DNA of 64,000 nucleotides, taken from Longimicrobiales bacterium (GTDB taxonomy: Bacteria; Gemmatimonadota; Gemmatimonadetes; Longimicrobiales; Gaopeijiaceae). The translations under genes were made by a program, and so were the position numbers. Below are positions 9,950-19,411 of this stretch, in pieces (within the stretch, counting starts at the first letter, position 1; the number at the start of each line of letters is the position of its first letter). A model generated the notes under the pieces. That model was not told the DNA's origin and made no database searches. It was given only the letters and a program-made list of their open reading frames with translations. The DNA lies in assembly GCA_965202805.1 (NCBI GenBank), contig OZ241869.1, positions 3,936,001 through 4,000,000 on the forward strand, given 5' to 3'.

Positions 9950-11782
9950 TCACCATCCAATCACATAGTCGCTCTTCGCCGGGCTCACGCCGCCGTACAT
10001 GACGCCGGTCTCCGGGTCGATCATCACCATCTTCACCGCTCCGGCTCCGGACGCCGCCTGCCGGTAGGGCTGCTGCAGCGGGCTCACCTCCACCCGGTGG
10101 CCGAGCGCCGCCAGTGCCTCGCCCGCCCCCTGGTAGAGCACCTCCGGCATCGTCAGCATGCCCCGCATGCGCCCCGGATACATCGACGCGCGGAAGGCCG
10201 TGCTGGTCACCGTGGGCGCCTCCACCGCCTGCTGCACGTTCATGCCGAAATGCACCACCGCGAGGAACGCCTGCAGCATCGCCTGCGGCTGGTTGTCGCC
10301 CCCGGGGGTGTTCCACGCCAGGTACGGCCGGCCGTCCTTCAGGGCCAGCGCCGGATTGATGGTGTGGCGGGTGCGCTTGCCCGGCTCGAGCACGTTCACG
10401 TCGTCGCGCTCGAGGCCGTAGTAGGGCATGCGGTTGTTGAGGAAGTAGCCGCCGCCCGGCACGACCATGCCGCTGCCGAAGCTCGAGTTCACGCTGTGCG
10501 TCACCGAAACCAGGTTCCCGAAGCGGTCCGCGATGGAGAACGACGAGGTCTCGCCATCCTCGCGATAGAGGACTTCGGGGCGCGAGACGTCCTGAGCTCC
10601 GCTCTCGTACTCGACGCCGTCTCCGTCCGCCACCGCGGCCATCCTCCGCGGATCCCCGGCCGGCGCCACGCTCATCGCCCGGTCCATGCGGATGAGCCCG
10701 CGGCGCGCCGCCGCGTATTCCTTCGACAGCAACTCCTCCGTGGGCACGTCGCTGAAGCTCGGATCGGCCACGTATCGGTTCCTGTCGGCGAAGGCAAGCT
10801 TCATCGCCTCCGTCACCACATGCACGTACTCGGCGGAGTTGTGGCCCATCGCCTCCAGGTCGAAGCCCTCGAGGATGTTGAGCGCCATGAGCATCACGAT
10901 GCCCTGCGAGTTGGGCGCGCTCTGGTAGACGTCGAGGTCCTCGTAGCTCACCTGGATCGGCTCCGCCTCCTCGGCCTCGTAGCCCGCGAGGTCCTCGTAG
11001 CGAAGCAGCCCGCCCTGCTCCTCGTAGTAGTCGGCGCTCATCCGGGCCAGCCGTCCCCTGTAGAAGGCGTCCGCGCCCTCGCGCGCGATCTCTTCCAGCG
11101 ATCGCGCCAGATCCTCCTGCACGTAGAGATCCCCCACGCCGAGCAGTCGCCCACCCGGCATCAGCAACTCCCGCGAGGCGGGGTAGGGGGAGATCTTCTC
11201 GACCGAACGCTCGTGATGGCCGGCAACCCAGAAGTCGAGGGGATGGCCCTGGCGCGCGGCGCGGATCGCGGGAGCCAGCACCTGTTCCCGGGGCAGGCTG
11301 CCGTAGCGTGAGTGCGCCAGCTCGAAGGCGCCCACCGCCCCGGGGACGTCCGTCGACAGGGGCCCGGCGCTCGGGATCCCGCCCTGTTCCTCGTAGAACT
11401 CCCGCGTCGCGAGCGCGGGCGCGTACCCGGTTCCATTAACGAAGAGGACGCGGTCCTCCGCGGCGAGGTAGGCGACCATGAAGGCGTCGCCCCCGATGCC
11501 CGCCTGGTGCTGCTCCACGACGGTCGTCATGTAGAAGACCGCCGACGCGGCGTCGAAGGCGTTGCCGCCCGCGCGCAGCACCTCTTCGGCGGCCAGGGCC
11601 TCCAGCGGATGCTCCGCCGCGACCATGGCCTCGGTGCCCAGAATGACCGGGCGCCAGACGGGCCGGTCGGATGCCTCCTGGGCGACCGCGGGAGGCGCCA
11701 CGGCAGCGGAGAGCAGCAGGATGCCGATCGCGGGAAGGGCGCGCGCGGCGTACCGGACGGCGGTGCGGTGGATTGCGTTCAT
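9950..11782 (-). CDS. ggt: Gamma-glutamyltransferase family Ntn-hydrolase with Sec signal peptide
   Basis: GGNAFDAA, GIGGDAF, nucleophile Thr in GETSSFSIAD, FGSG, PGG; start ATG 11782 with AGGAGG RBS. Confidence 0.9.
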   Translation of the reverse strand: MNAIHRTAVRYAARALPAIGILLLSAAVAPPAVAQEASDRPVWRPVILGTEAMVAAEHPLEALAAEEVLRAGGNAFDAASAVFYMTTVVEQHQAGIGGDAFMVAYLAAEDRVLFVNGTGYAPALATREFYEEQGGIPSAGPLSTDVPGAVGAFELAHSRYGSLPREQVLAPAIRAARQGHPLDFWVAGHHERSVEKISPYPASRELLMPGGRLLGVGDLYVQEDLARSLEEIAREGADAFYRGRLARMSADYYEEQGGLLRYEDLAGYEAEEAEPIQVSYEDLDVYQSAPNSQGIVMLMALNILEGFDLEAMGHNSAEYVHVVTEAMKLAFADRNRYVADPSFSDVPTEELLSKEYAAARRGLIRMDRAMSVAPAGDPRRMAAVADGDGVEYESGAQDVSRPEVLYREDGETSSFSIADRFGNLVSVTHSVNSSFGSGMVVPGGGYFLNNRMPYYGLERDDVNVLEPGKRTRHTINPALALKDGRPYLAWNTPGGDNQPQAMLQAFLAVVHFGMNVQQAVEAPTVTSTAFRASMYPGRMRGMLTMPEVLYQGAGEALAALGHRVEVSPLQQPYRQAASGAGAVKMVMIDPETGVMYGGVSPAKSDYVIGW

Positions 11783-11810
11783 GGCGTCGCCTCCTGGCGG
11801 GATTTCGGCG

Positions 11811-11840
11811 TTGACAGGCCGGAGGATGGGCAGATAGTTT
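11811..11840 (+). promoter_or_regulatory. Putative sigma70 promoter of the exbB operon
   Basis: TTGACA-18 nt-TAGTTT in the divergent intergenic region. Confidence 0.45.
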
Positions 11841-11936
11841 CGCACTGCATGAAGTAGCGCGCGCGGGGCGTGCTCGCTAGAGTTCCGTCTGCCCGGGCAC
11901 TGCGCCCGGTCGAATCCCGACACAAGGAAGGCTTCG

Positions 11937-12644
11937 GTGGCCAACGACCAATTCGGACTCCTGACCCTCTTCGCCGACGGCGGATTCATGATGTATCCGC
12001 TGGTTCTGTGCTCGCTTATCGCGCTCGGCGTGATGATCGCCAAGTTCTGGACCCTCTGGGCGGCCCACAAGGACACCGCAACGGTTCTGGCGGAGGTCGA
12101 CGAATTGGCTCGCGCCGGGGAGATCGACGCAGCCATCGCGGCGGCGGGCTCCAAGCGGGGTCCGGCGTCGGCCATCCTCATGGCCGGGTTGCGGCGCATC
12201 AAGGGGCGCGAGATCGGCGAGGGCGAGATCGAGCAGGCCGTCAGCACCGTCGGAACCATCGAGCTCGGCTTTCTGGAGCGCGGGCTGGTGGTGCTTGCAA
12301 CCATCGCCAACGTGGCCCCCCTCATGGGCTTCCTCGGCACGGTGGCGGGCATGATTCTGGCCTTCGCGTCGATCGAGGCCGCTGGCAGCGTCGATCCCGC
12401 GCTCGTCGCCGGCGGGATCAAGGTGGCGCTCCTCACCACCGCATCGGGGCTTGCGATTGCGATTCCGGTCAACATCGGATACAACTTCTTCGTCACGCGG
12501 ATCGACAAGCTGATCGTCGACATGGAGCAGGGGACGCAGGCGATCCTGAACGTCACCTGGGACCTGGAGAACGCCGGCCAGTTGACCGTGGTAGCCAGGG
12601 ATCCGATCACTGCGCTCTCACCACCCCCGCCGAGTCTCCCCTGA
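11937..12644 (+). CDS. exbB: MotA/TolQ/ExbB proton channel protein
   Basis: LATIANVAPLMGFLGTVAGMI and GGIKVALLTTASGLAIAIP motifs. Confidence 0.93.
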   Translation: MANDQFGLLTLFADGGFMMYPLVLCSLIALGVMIAKFWTLWAAHKDTATVLAEVDELARAGEIDAAIAAAGSKRGPASAILMAGLRRIKGREIGEGEIEQAVSTVGTIELGFLERGLVVLATIANVAPLMGFLGTVAGMILAFASIEAAGSVDPALVAGGIKVALLTTASGLAIAIPVNIGYNFFVTRIDKLIVDMEQGTQAILNVTWDLENAGQLTVVARDPITALSPPPPSLP

Positions 12645-12726
12645 GGCGGGCGTGACGGGAACGATACGGCGAACGAATTGGTAGACTAAGGATTACGGAA
12701 CAGCCGCGAACGGCGGGAGGTTGAAG

Positions 12727-13152
12727 ATGGCCGTACTGCAGAACAAGAAATCCAAGGTCAGCGACGAGGTCCCCACCTCGTCGATGGCGGACATCGCCTT
12801 CCTGCTGCTCATCTTCTTTCTGGTGACTACGGTCTTCCCGAAGGACAGCGGGCTGGCCGTGGTGCTTCCCGAGTCCGCCGAAGAGGTCCAGGTGAGCCAG
12901 CGCAACATCCTGCACCTCTCGGTCCTCCCCAACGGTCTGGTGGACGTGAAGCGGGGAGAGAGCACGCAGATTCAGCAGGTGCGGGCCAACGACGTGGAAG
13001 CCATCTGGCGTCAGGGGGTCACCGAGAACCCCAACCTGATCGCCGCGGTCAAGACCCACCCGAACGCGCCCTACAGGTTCATGGTGGATGTTCTCGACGC
13101 CCTGCAGACCGCCGGGGCGGAACGCATTTCCCTGCAGCTGCTGGAGGATTGA
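12727..13152 (+). CDS. exbD: ExbD/TolR biopolymer transport protein (copy 1)
   Basis: PTSSMADIAFLLLIFFLVTT TM with conserved Asp; GGAGG RBS. Confidence 0.9.
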   Translation: MAVLQNKKSKVSDEVPTSSMADIAFLLLIFFLVTTVFPKDSGLAVVLPESAEEVQVSQRNILHLSVLPNGLVDVKRGESTQIQQVRANDVEAIWRQGVTENPNLIAAVKTHPNAPYRFMVDVLDALQTAGAERISLQLLED

Positions 13153-13155
13153 CCG

Positions 13156-13605
13156 ATGGCTATCAAGGCGGGCGGATTCTCGCGCAAATCGAAGGCCTCC
13201 GACGAGATCCCTTCTTCGTCGCTGGCCGACATCGCCTTCCTGCTTCTGATCTTCTTCATGGTCACCACCGTCTTCCGCACCAGCAAGGAGCGGCCCATTG
13301 AGTGGGCGCAGGCGGCGGCCAGCGAGAAGATCGACGAGAAGCGGGAAGACATCATGCACGTGTGGGTCGAGCGCAACGGCGATGTCTGGGTGAACGACCG
13401 CGAAATCACTATGTCCACCCTGTCCAACATCGTCGCGCCGGCGTACGCGGCGTCGGACCGGCGCCTGGTGATTTCCTTGCGCGCGGACACGGACGTGCCC
13501 TATCAGTTCGTGAATCAGGTTCAGGAAGAGTTGCAGGAAGCAAACGTGGTCCGGGTCGTATTCGCGACCGAGTTGGAACGACGCATGACGAGGGAGAGAC
13601 GATGA
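13156..13605 (+). CDS. exbD: ExbD/TolR biopolymer transport protein (copy 2)
   Basis: PSSSLADIAFLLLIFFMVTT; LRADTDVPY. Confidence 0.9.
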   Translation: MAIKAGGFSRKSKASDEIPSSSLADIAFLLLIFFMVTTVFRTSKERPIEWAQAAASEKIDEKREDIMHVWVERNGDVWVNDREITMSTLSNIVAPAYAASDRRLVISLRADTDVPYQFVNQVQEELQEANVVRVVFATELERRMTRERR

Positions 13606-14288
13606 GCGACACCGACTTCGAAGTACAGCAGGACGCCGTCCCGCACGAGACCGCGAACGACCGCTTCAAGAAGTCGTTCAACACCTGGTTCTGGGGATCG
13701 GTGCTGGCCGCGACCGCGGTTCACTTCGCGATGTTCATGTTCTGGCCGACATTGACCGCGGAGGACGTCTCCTTCGATTCCGAGGAGCTCGTGGCGATCG
13801 AACTCCCGCCCGAGATCGAGATTCCGCCGCCGCCCCAGGCGATCAGCCGGCCCGCGACCCCCGTGATCGCCGCGGCCGACATCAGCGAGGACATCACGAT
13901 CGCGCCGACCACCTTCGAGGACAATCCGGTCGAGGAGCTGCCTCCTCCGCCGGACGAGGAGGCCGTCGACATCTCCGCGGCGCCGACGTTCACCCCCTAT
14001 ACGGTCCGCCCCGACCTCACCAACGAGCGCGAGGTGCAGCGCGCGCTGGAGCGGGAGTACCCCCCGATCCTGCGTGACGCGGGCATCGGCGGGACCGTGA
14101 ACGTGCACTTCTTCATCGACGAGGAAGGCATGGTGCAGAGAACGCTGGTGGCGCAGACTTCGGGACACGCTTCCCTCGACGAGGCGGCGTTGCGCGTGGC
14201 CAACGTCTTCCGGTTCACGCCGGCGCTCAACCTGGACAAGATCGTGCCCGTGTGGATCGCGATTCCCATTACCTTCCAGACGCGTTAG
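13602..14288 (+). CDS. tonB: Energy transducer TonB
   Basis: ATG overlaps the exbD stop; N-terminal TM with SxxxxxxxH, Pro-rich linker, C-terminal YPxxxRxAGIGGTV...FTPA domain. Confidence 0.9.
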   Translation: MSDTDFEVQQDAVPHETANDRFKKSFNTWFWGSVLAATAVHFAMFMFWPTLTAEDVSFDSEELVAIELPPEIEIPPPPQAISRPATPVIAAADISEDITIAPTTFEDNPVEELPPPPDEEAVDISAAPTFTPYTVRPDLTNEREVQRALEREYPPILRDAGIGGTVNVHFFIDEEGMVQRTLVAQTSGHASLDEAALRVANVFRFTPALNLDKIVPVWIAIPITFQTR

Positions 14289-14313
14289 TCGCTTCGGACG
14301 GTCCGAGCCGGAC

Positions 14314-14353
14314 AGGAACCCCGCCGGAGCTTCCGGCGGGGTTCCTTTGATTT
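14314..14353 (+). terminator. Intrinsic terminator after tonB
   Basis: AGGAACCCCGCCGGA-gct-TCCGGCGGGGTTCCT hairpin followed by TTGATTT. Confidence 0.8.
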
Positions 14354-14388
14354 ATGGGCGACGGGCTCTTGGGCGACGGAATGGATCG

Positions 14389-15117
14389 ATGTATCCGGAA
14401 AGGCTGAAGGAGACGCTGCCGCGCGTCCGCGACGAGGTCGAGGAGGCCGCGCGCCTGAGCGGGCGCACCGGCGCCGACGTGACGCTGGTGGCGGTGACCA
14501 AGAGCCACCCGCTTGCGGCGGTGGAGGCGGCGCTCGGCGCCGGCATTCGGGACATCGGCGAGAACCGGGTGGAGGAGCTCCAGGCCAAGGTGGCGGCGCT
14601 GGAGGGCCGGCCGGCCCCGCGCTGGCACATGATCGGCCACCTGCAGCGCCGCAAGGCCCCCCGCGTGATCGGGATCTGCAACCTTCTGCACTCGGTGGAC
14701 ACGGTGCGGCTGGCGGAGCGGCTCGACCGCTTCGTGCCCGCCGGCGCCGCTCCGCTTCCGGTGCTGGTTCAGGTGAACACCTCCGGGGAGGTCGCCAAGA
14801 GCGGCCTTTCCCCCGAGGAAGCGCGGGAGGCCGTCCACCGGATCACCGGGTTGCCGGGGCTGGCGGTGCGCGGGCTCATGACCATGGCGCCGTTCACCGA
14901 TCGCGAGCGCGTGCTGCGCGACGCGTTCCGCACCCTGCGCCGGTTGCACGAGGAGCTTGGCTCGCTGGACGGATACCAGGGGGAACATCTGTCGATGGGA
15001 ATGACCAACGACTTCGGCATCGCCATAGAGGAGGGCAGCACGATGGTCCGGATCGGCACCGCGCTCCTGGGGCCGCGGCCGAAACCGCCCGCGCGGCGGG
15101 CAGGGGCGGCTGCATGA
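14389..15117 (+). CDS. yggS: PLP homeostasis protein YggS
   Basis: LVAVTK, GENRVEE, WHMIGHLQ, GLMTMAP, LSMGMTNDF, GSTMVRIGT. Confidence 0.95.
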   Translation: MYPERLKETLPRVRDEVEEAARLSGRTGADVTLVAVTKSHPLAAVEAALGAGIRDIGENRVEELQAKVAALEGRPAPRWHMIGHLQRRKAPRVIGICNLLHSVDTVRLAERLDRFVPAGAAPLPVLVQVNTSGEVAKSGLSPEEAREAVHRITGLPGLAVRGLMTMAPFTDRERVLRDAFRTLRRLHEELGSLDGYQGEHLSMGMTNDFGIAIEEGSTMVRIGTALLGPRPKPPARRAGAAA

Positions 15118-16010
15118 CGACGGCGGCGAGCACGGGCCCGGTCGGAGATCGGACCGAGGCGGACGCGGCGACCGGCATGGCCTCTGCGGCGGACCTGGTC
15201 GCCCGCATCGACGCGGCGGTTGCGGCCGTGCGCGCCCGGTCCGAGCTCAGGCCCAGGGCGGGAGTCGTGCTGGGCACCGGGCTGGGCGGCCTCGCGCGCG
15301 AAATCGACGTGGAGTGCTCCATCGACTACACCGCGCTGCCCCACTTCCCGGTATCGACCGTGGAGAGCCATGAGGGCCGCCTCCTGCTGGGTACGCTCGA
15401 CGGCGTCCCCGTGGTCGCCATGCAAGGCCGGTTCCACCGGTACGAGGGCTATACCCTCCAGCAGGTGACCTTTCCGATCAGGGTGATGGCCGCCCTGGGC
15501 GCGGACACCCTGGTGGTCTCGGCGGCCTGCGGCGGGATGGATCCCCTCTGGCCGGCGGGACAGCTGGTGGTGCTCGACGACCACATCAACCTCCTGGGCG
15601 ACAACCCGCTGGTGGGTCCCAACGCGGATGCGCTGGGCCCGCGCTTTCCGGACATGTCCGAGCCCTACGACCGGGGGCTCCAGCAGGTCGCCCTGGACGC
15701 CGCCCTCGCCCAGGGGATTCCGCTCGCCCGCGCGGTCTACGTGGCCGTGACCGGGCCCTGCCTGGAGACCCGGGCCGAGTACCGCATGCTGCGCGCCATG
15801 GGAGCGGACGTGGTGGGCATGTCCACCGTGCCCGAGGTCATCGTCGCGCGCCACATGGGCATGCGGGTGTGCGGCCTCTGCATCGTGACCGACGTCTGCC
15901 TCCCGGACGCGCTCGAGGAGGTCGACGTGCCGACCATCATCCGGGTCGCGATGGAGGCGGAGCCCGGTCTCACCGCGGTGGCCCGCGCAGTCATCGCATC
16001 GCTGGCGTAG
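15114..16010 (+). CDS. punA: Purine-nucleoside phosphorylase (trimeric type)
   Basis: VLGTGLG, QGRFHRYEGY, GPRFPDMS, GPCLETRAE, VGMSTVPE. Confidence 0.93.
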   Translation: MTTAASTGPVGDRTEADAATGMASAADLVARIDAAVAAVRARSELRPRAGVVLGTGLGGLAREIDVECSIDYTALPHFPVSTVESHEGRLLLGTLDGVPVVAMQGRFHRYEGYTLQQVTFPIRVMAALGADTLVVSAACGGMDPLWPAGQLVVLDDHINLLGDNPLVGPNADALGPRFPDMSEPYDRGLQQVALDAALAQGIPLARAVYVAVTGPCLETRAEYRMLRAMGADVVGMSTVPEVIVARHMGMRVCGLCIVTDVCLPDALEEVDVPTIIRVAMEAEPGLTAVARAVIASLA

Positions 16011-16017
16011 CGGCCCA

Positions 16018-19000
16018 ATGCGCTATCCGGAGTTGCCCGACACCCTGCTCGAACTGGAGCAGCAGACCCTCGAACGCTGGCGCGAGGAGGATCTCTTCCG
16101 CCGCAGCATGGAGGCCTCCGAGGGACGCGAGCCCTTCGTCTTCTACGAGGGACCGCCCACCTCCAACGCCCGCCCCGGCCTGCACCACGTGCTCGGACGC
16201 ACGCTGAAGGATCTCGCCTGCCGCTACCAGGCGCTCAAGGGACGCCGGGTCACCCGCATCGCGGGGTGGGACACGCACGGTCTGCCGGTCGAGATCGAGG
16301 CCGAGAAGACGCTCGGGATTTCGGGGAAGCCCGAGATCGAGGCCGTGGGCATCGAGCGCTTCAACCGCGTCTGCCGGGATTCCGTCTTCACCTACAAGGC
16401 CGACTGGGAGGCGCTGTCCGAGCGCATCGCCTACTGGCTCGACTACGAGCGTCCCTACGTCACCTGCGACACGAGCTACATCGAGTCGGTCTGGTGGATC
16501 CTGAGCCGGCTGGCGAAGAAGGGGCTCCTCTACCGGGGCCACAAGAGCGTGCCCTACTGCCCCCGCTGCGGCACCGCGCTCAGCTCGCACGAGGTGGCGC
16601 TGGGTTATCGCGAGGTGGAGGATCCGTCGCTCTTCTTCCTCGCGCCTCTCCGGACCGGGGAAGGGGAGCCCGACCCGGAGGAACGCGCCTTCCTGGCCTG
16701 GACCACCACCCCCTGGACCGTGCCCTCGAACACGGCGCTGGCGCTCAACCCCGCCCTCACATACGCCGAGGCGGAGGCGGAGGGCCGGCGCGTGATCATG
16801 GCGAAGGACCTGGTCGAGCGGGTTCTGGGCGAGGACGCGCGCATCATCCGCGAGCACGACGCCCGTTCGCTCGAAGGCGTCCGCTACACGCGGCCTCTGG
16901 AGGTGGTGCCGGTCCCCGACGGCTCCGATGCGGCCTGGCGCATCATCCTCGAGGACTTCGTGACCGCGGAGGACGGCACCGGCATCGTGCACATCGCGCC
17001 CGCATTCGGCGCGGACGACTACAAGGCCGGCCAGCGCCACGGCCTGCCCCTCATGCGTTCCATAGACGACGCGGGACGCTTCCATAAGGGTCTCGCCGTG
17101 GTGGGAGGGATGTTCGTCAAGGACGCGGATCCCCTGCTGGTGGAGGAACTCGACCGCCGCGGAAACCTGTTCCGGGCCGGCAGCGTGGCGCACTCGTACC
17201 CGCACTGCTGGCGCTGTCAGTCCCCGCTGCTCTACATCGCGCGCGAATCCTGGTTCGCGGCCACCTCGACGCTCAAGGAGGAGATGCTCGGGATCAACCG
17301 GGAGACGGCCTGGTATCCGCCGGAGATCGGCGAGGGGCGCATGGGCGAGTGGCTGGCCGGAAACGTGGACTGGGCGCTGTCGCGCGACCGCTACTGGGGC
17401 ACCCCGCTCCCGGTCTGGGTCTGCGACCGCGACGAGGACATCACGGAGTGGATCGGCAGCCTGGCGGAGCTGGAGGAGCGCGCCGGCCCCCTGGGCGAGG
17501 ACTTCGACCCGCACCGGCCCTTCATCGACGAGGTGACCTGGCCCTGCCGCGAATGTGGCGGGACCATGCGCCGGGCCTCTCCCGTCGTCGACGTGTGGTT
17601 CGATTCGGGGGCGATGCCGTACGCGCAGTGGCACTATCCCTTCGAGAACCGGGACGCCTTCGAGGGCCATTTCCCCGCCGACTTCATCAGCGAGGGGCTC
17701 GACCAGACCCGCGGCTGGTTCTATTCGCTCATGGCCATCTCGGCCATGCTCGGGCGCGGGATGGCGTTCCGCAACGTCCTCGTCAACGATCTGGTGCTCG
17801 ACGCCGAGGGCCGGAAGATGTCGAAAACCAAGGGCAACGCGGTCGATCCCTGGGAGGCGGTGGGCGTCTGCGGGGCCGATCCGCTGCGCTGGTACTTCGT
17901 CACGGTGAGCAACCCGTGGGTGCCCAAGCGCTACGATGAGCGCGGCATCGCCGAGGTGGCGCGCAAGTTCTTCGACACCCTCCTCAACACGTACCGGTTC
18001 TTCGCGCTGTACGCGAACGTGGAGGGTTGGCGGGGCGGGAATGCCCGGGCGTTTCCCGATGAGGCCGACGGGGGAACCGCGAACGCCGGCGGGGCCGGGA
18101 GCAGCGATCCCGCGGTACCGGCGGTACCGGACGAGGCATCCCTGCTCGACCGGTGGATGTTCTCGCGGCTGCACCGGCTGGTGGCCGACGTGCGGTCCGA
18201 TCTGGACAACTACCAGTTCACCCCCGCCTGCCGGAAGGTCGCCCGGTTCGTGGACGAGGACCTGTCCAACTGGTACGTGCGCCGCAGCCGGCCGCGCTAC
18301 TGGGGCAAGACCGGGGCCGCGGACGCGGACGCCGCCTTCCACACCCTGCACCTCGCCCTGCGCACGGTGAGCCTGCTGATCGCTCCGGCGGCGCCCTTCA
18401 CCGCGGACTGGCTGCACCGGGCGCTGACCGGGGGAGAGAGCGTCCACCTGGCGACTCTGCCCGATGCGGACGAAGGATTCCTGGACGACGAGCTGGAGCA
18501 GGAGATGGACGCGGTGCGCCAACTCGTCACGCTGGGGCGGGCGGCGCGCGAGCAGGCGGGGGTGAGGGTGCGCCAGCCGCTGCGAACGCTCCATGCGGCG
18601 GTGCGCGGTGGCGTCGCGCTGCGGGAAGAGGTGCTGGCGGTGCTGAGGGAGGAACTGAACGTCAAGCAGGTCTCGTTCGTGCGCGACGCGGGTGACCTGG
18701 TGCGTCTCGAGGCGCGCCCCAACTTCCGCACTCTGGGACCTCGCTTCCAGAGGCACAGCAACAGCGCCGCCGCGGCCATCCGGGCCCTCGGGCAGGAGGA
18801 ACTGCGCGCCTGGCGCGCGGGCGAGGCGGTCGCCGTCACGGTGGACGGCGGGGAGCACCCGCTCGGCCCCGACGATCTCGAGCTGGCGGAGGTCGCGCGC
18901 GGCGACCTGGTGGTGCGCGCCGCCAACGGCTTCACCGCCGCGATCGATCCCGCCCTGGACGACGAGTTGCGCGCCGAGGGGCTCGCGCGCGAGCTGGTGA

Positions 19001-19245
19001 ACCGGGTGCAGCGGCTGCGCAAGGACTCGGGCCTCGAGGTCACCGACCGCATCCGGCTCGCCATCTCCGGCCCGGAGGGCGTGCGCGCCGCCGCGGCCCG
19101 CCACCGCGCCTTCATCGCGGGTGAGACCCTCGCGGTGGACATCGTGGTGGCCGGGGACGGGGCGCCGGGGGCGTACACCAACCACCGGGAAGTGGCGTTC
19201 GACGGCACCCGCGCCGCGATCGCGCTGGCGCGCGCGGGCGGGTAG
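16018..19245 (+). CDS. ileS: Isoleucine--tRNA ligase, type 2
   Basis: FYEGPP..GLHH, GWDTHGLPVE, WTTTPWT, GTGIVH, DWALSRDRYWGTP, DQTRGWFY, KMSKT. Confidence 0.97.
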   Translation: MRYPELPDTLLELEQQTLERWREEDLFRRSMEASEGREPFVFYEGPPTSNARPGLHHVLGRTLKDLACRYQALKGRRVTRIAGWDTHGLPVEIEAEKTLGISGKPEIEAVGIERFNRVCRDSVFTYKADWEALSERIAYWLDYERPYVTCDTSYIESVWWILSRLAKKGLLYRGHKSVPYCPRCGTALSSHEVALGYREVEDPSLFFLAPLRTGEGEPDPEERAFLAWTTTPWTVPSNTALALNPALTYAEAEAEGRRVIMAKDLVERVLGEDARIIREHDARSLEGVRYTRPLEVVPVPDGSDAAWRIILEDFVTAEDGTGIVHIAPAFGADDYKAGQRHGLPLMRSIDDAGRFHKGLAVVGGMFVKDADPLLVEELDRRGNLFRAGSVAHSYPHCWRCQSPLLYIARESWFAATSTLKEEMLGINRETAWYPPEIGEGRMGEWLAGNVDWALSRDRYWGTPLPVWVCDRDEDITEWIGSLAELEERAGPLGEDFDPHRPFIDEVTWPCRECGGTMRRASPVVDVWFDSGAMPYAQWHYPFENRDAFEGHFPADFISEGLDQTRGWFYSLMAISAMLGRGMAFRNVLVNDLVLDAEGRKMSKTKGNAVDPWEAVGVCGADPLRWYFVTVSNPWVPKRYDERGIAEVARKFFDTLLNTYRFFALYANVEGWRGGNARAFPDEADGGTANAGGAGSSDPAVPAVPDEASLLDRWMFSRLHRLVADVRSDLDNYQFTPACRKVARFVDEDLSNWYVRRSRPRYWGKTGAADADAAFHTLHLALRTVSLLIAPAAPFTADWLHRALTGGESVHLATLPDADEGFLDDELEQEMDAVRQLVTLGRAAREQAGVRVRQPLRTLHAAVRGGVALREEVLAVLREELNVKQVSFVRDAGDLVRLEARPNFRTLGPRFQRHSNSAAAAIRALGQEELRAWRAGEAVAVTVDGGEHPLGPDDLELAEVARGDLVVRAANGFTAAIDPALDDELRAEGLARELVNRVQRLRKDSGLEVTDRIRLAISGPEGVRAAAARHRAFIAGETLAVDIVVAGDGAPGAYTNHREVAFDGTRAAIALARAGG

Positions 19246-19411
19246 CCGGCCGTCGGATGGCGCCGCGATTTTCCGCGCATTTCCTCCGGTGGGCCTCGCC
19301 CGCCGGAGCGTCGTGCGTGCCGGGTGGCGCCGATGCGCGGACCGGTCCTCCCCGCGACCGTGTCCGAAACCGGCGCGAGGTCCGGGGTGGCCCGACCGAT
19401 CGGGGGAAATT

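Noticed and set aside
11783..12610. Apparent 276-aa N-terminal extension of the GGT (886-aa ORF)
   Set aside because: Overlaps exbB on the opposite strand; a good RBS, ATG and signal peptide exist at 11782.
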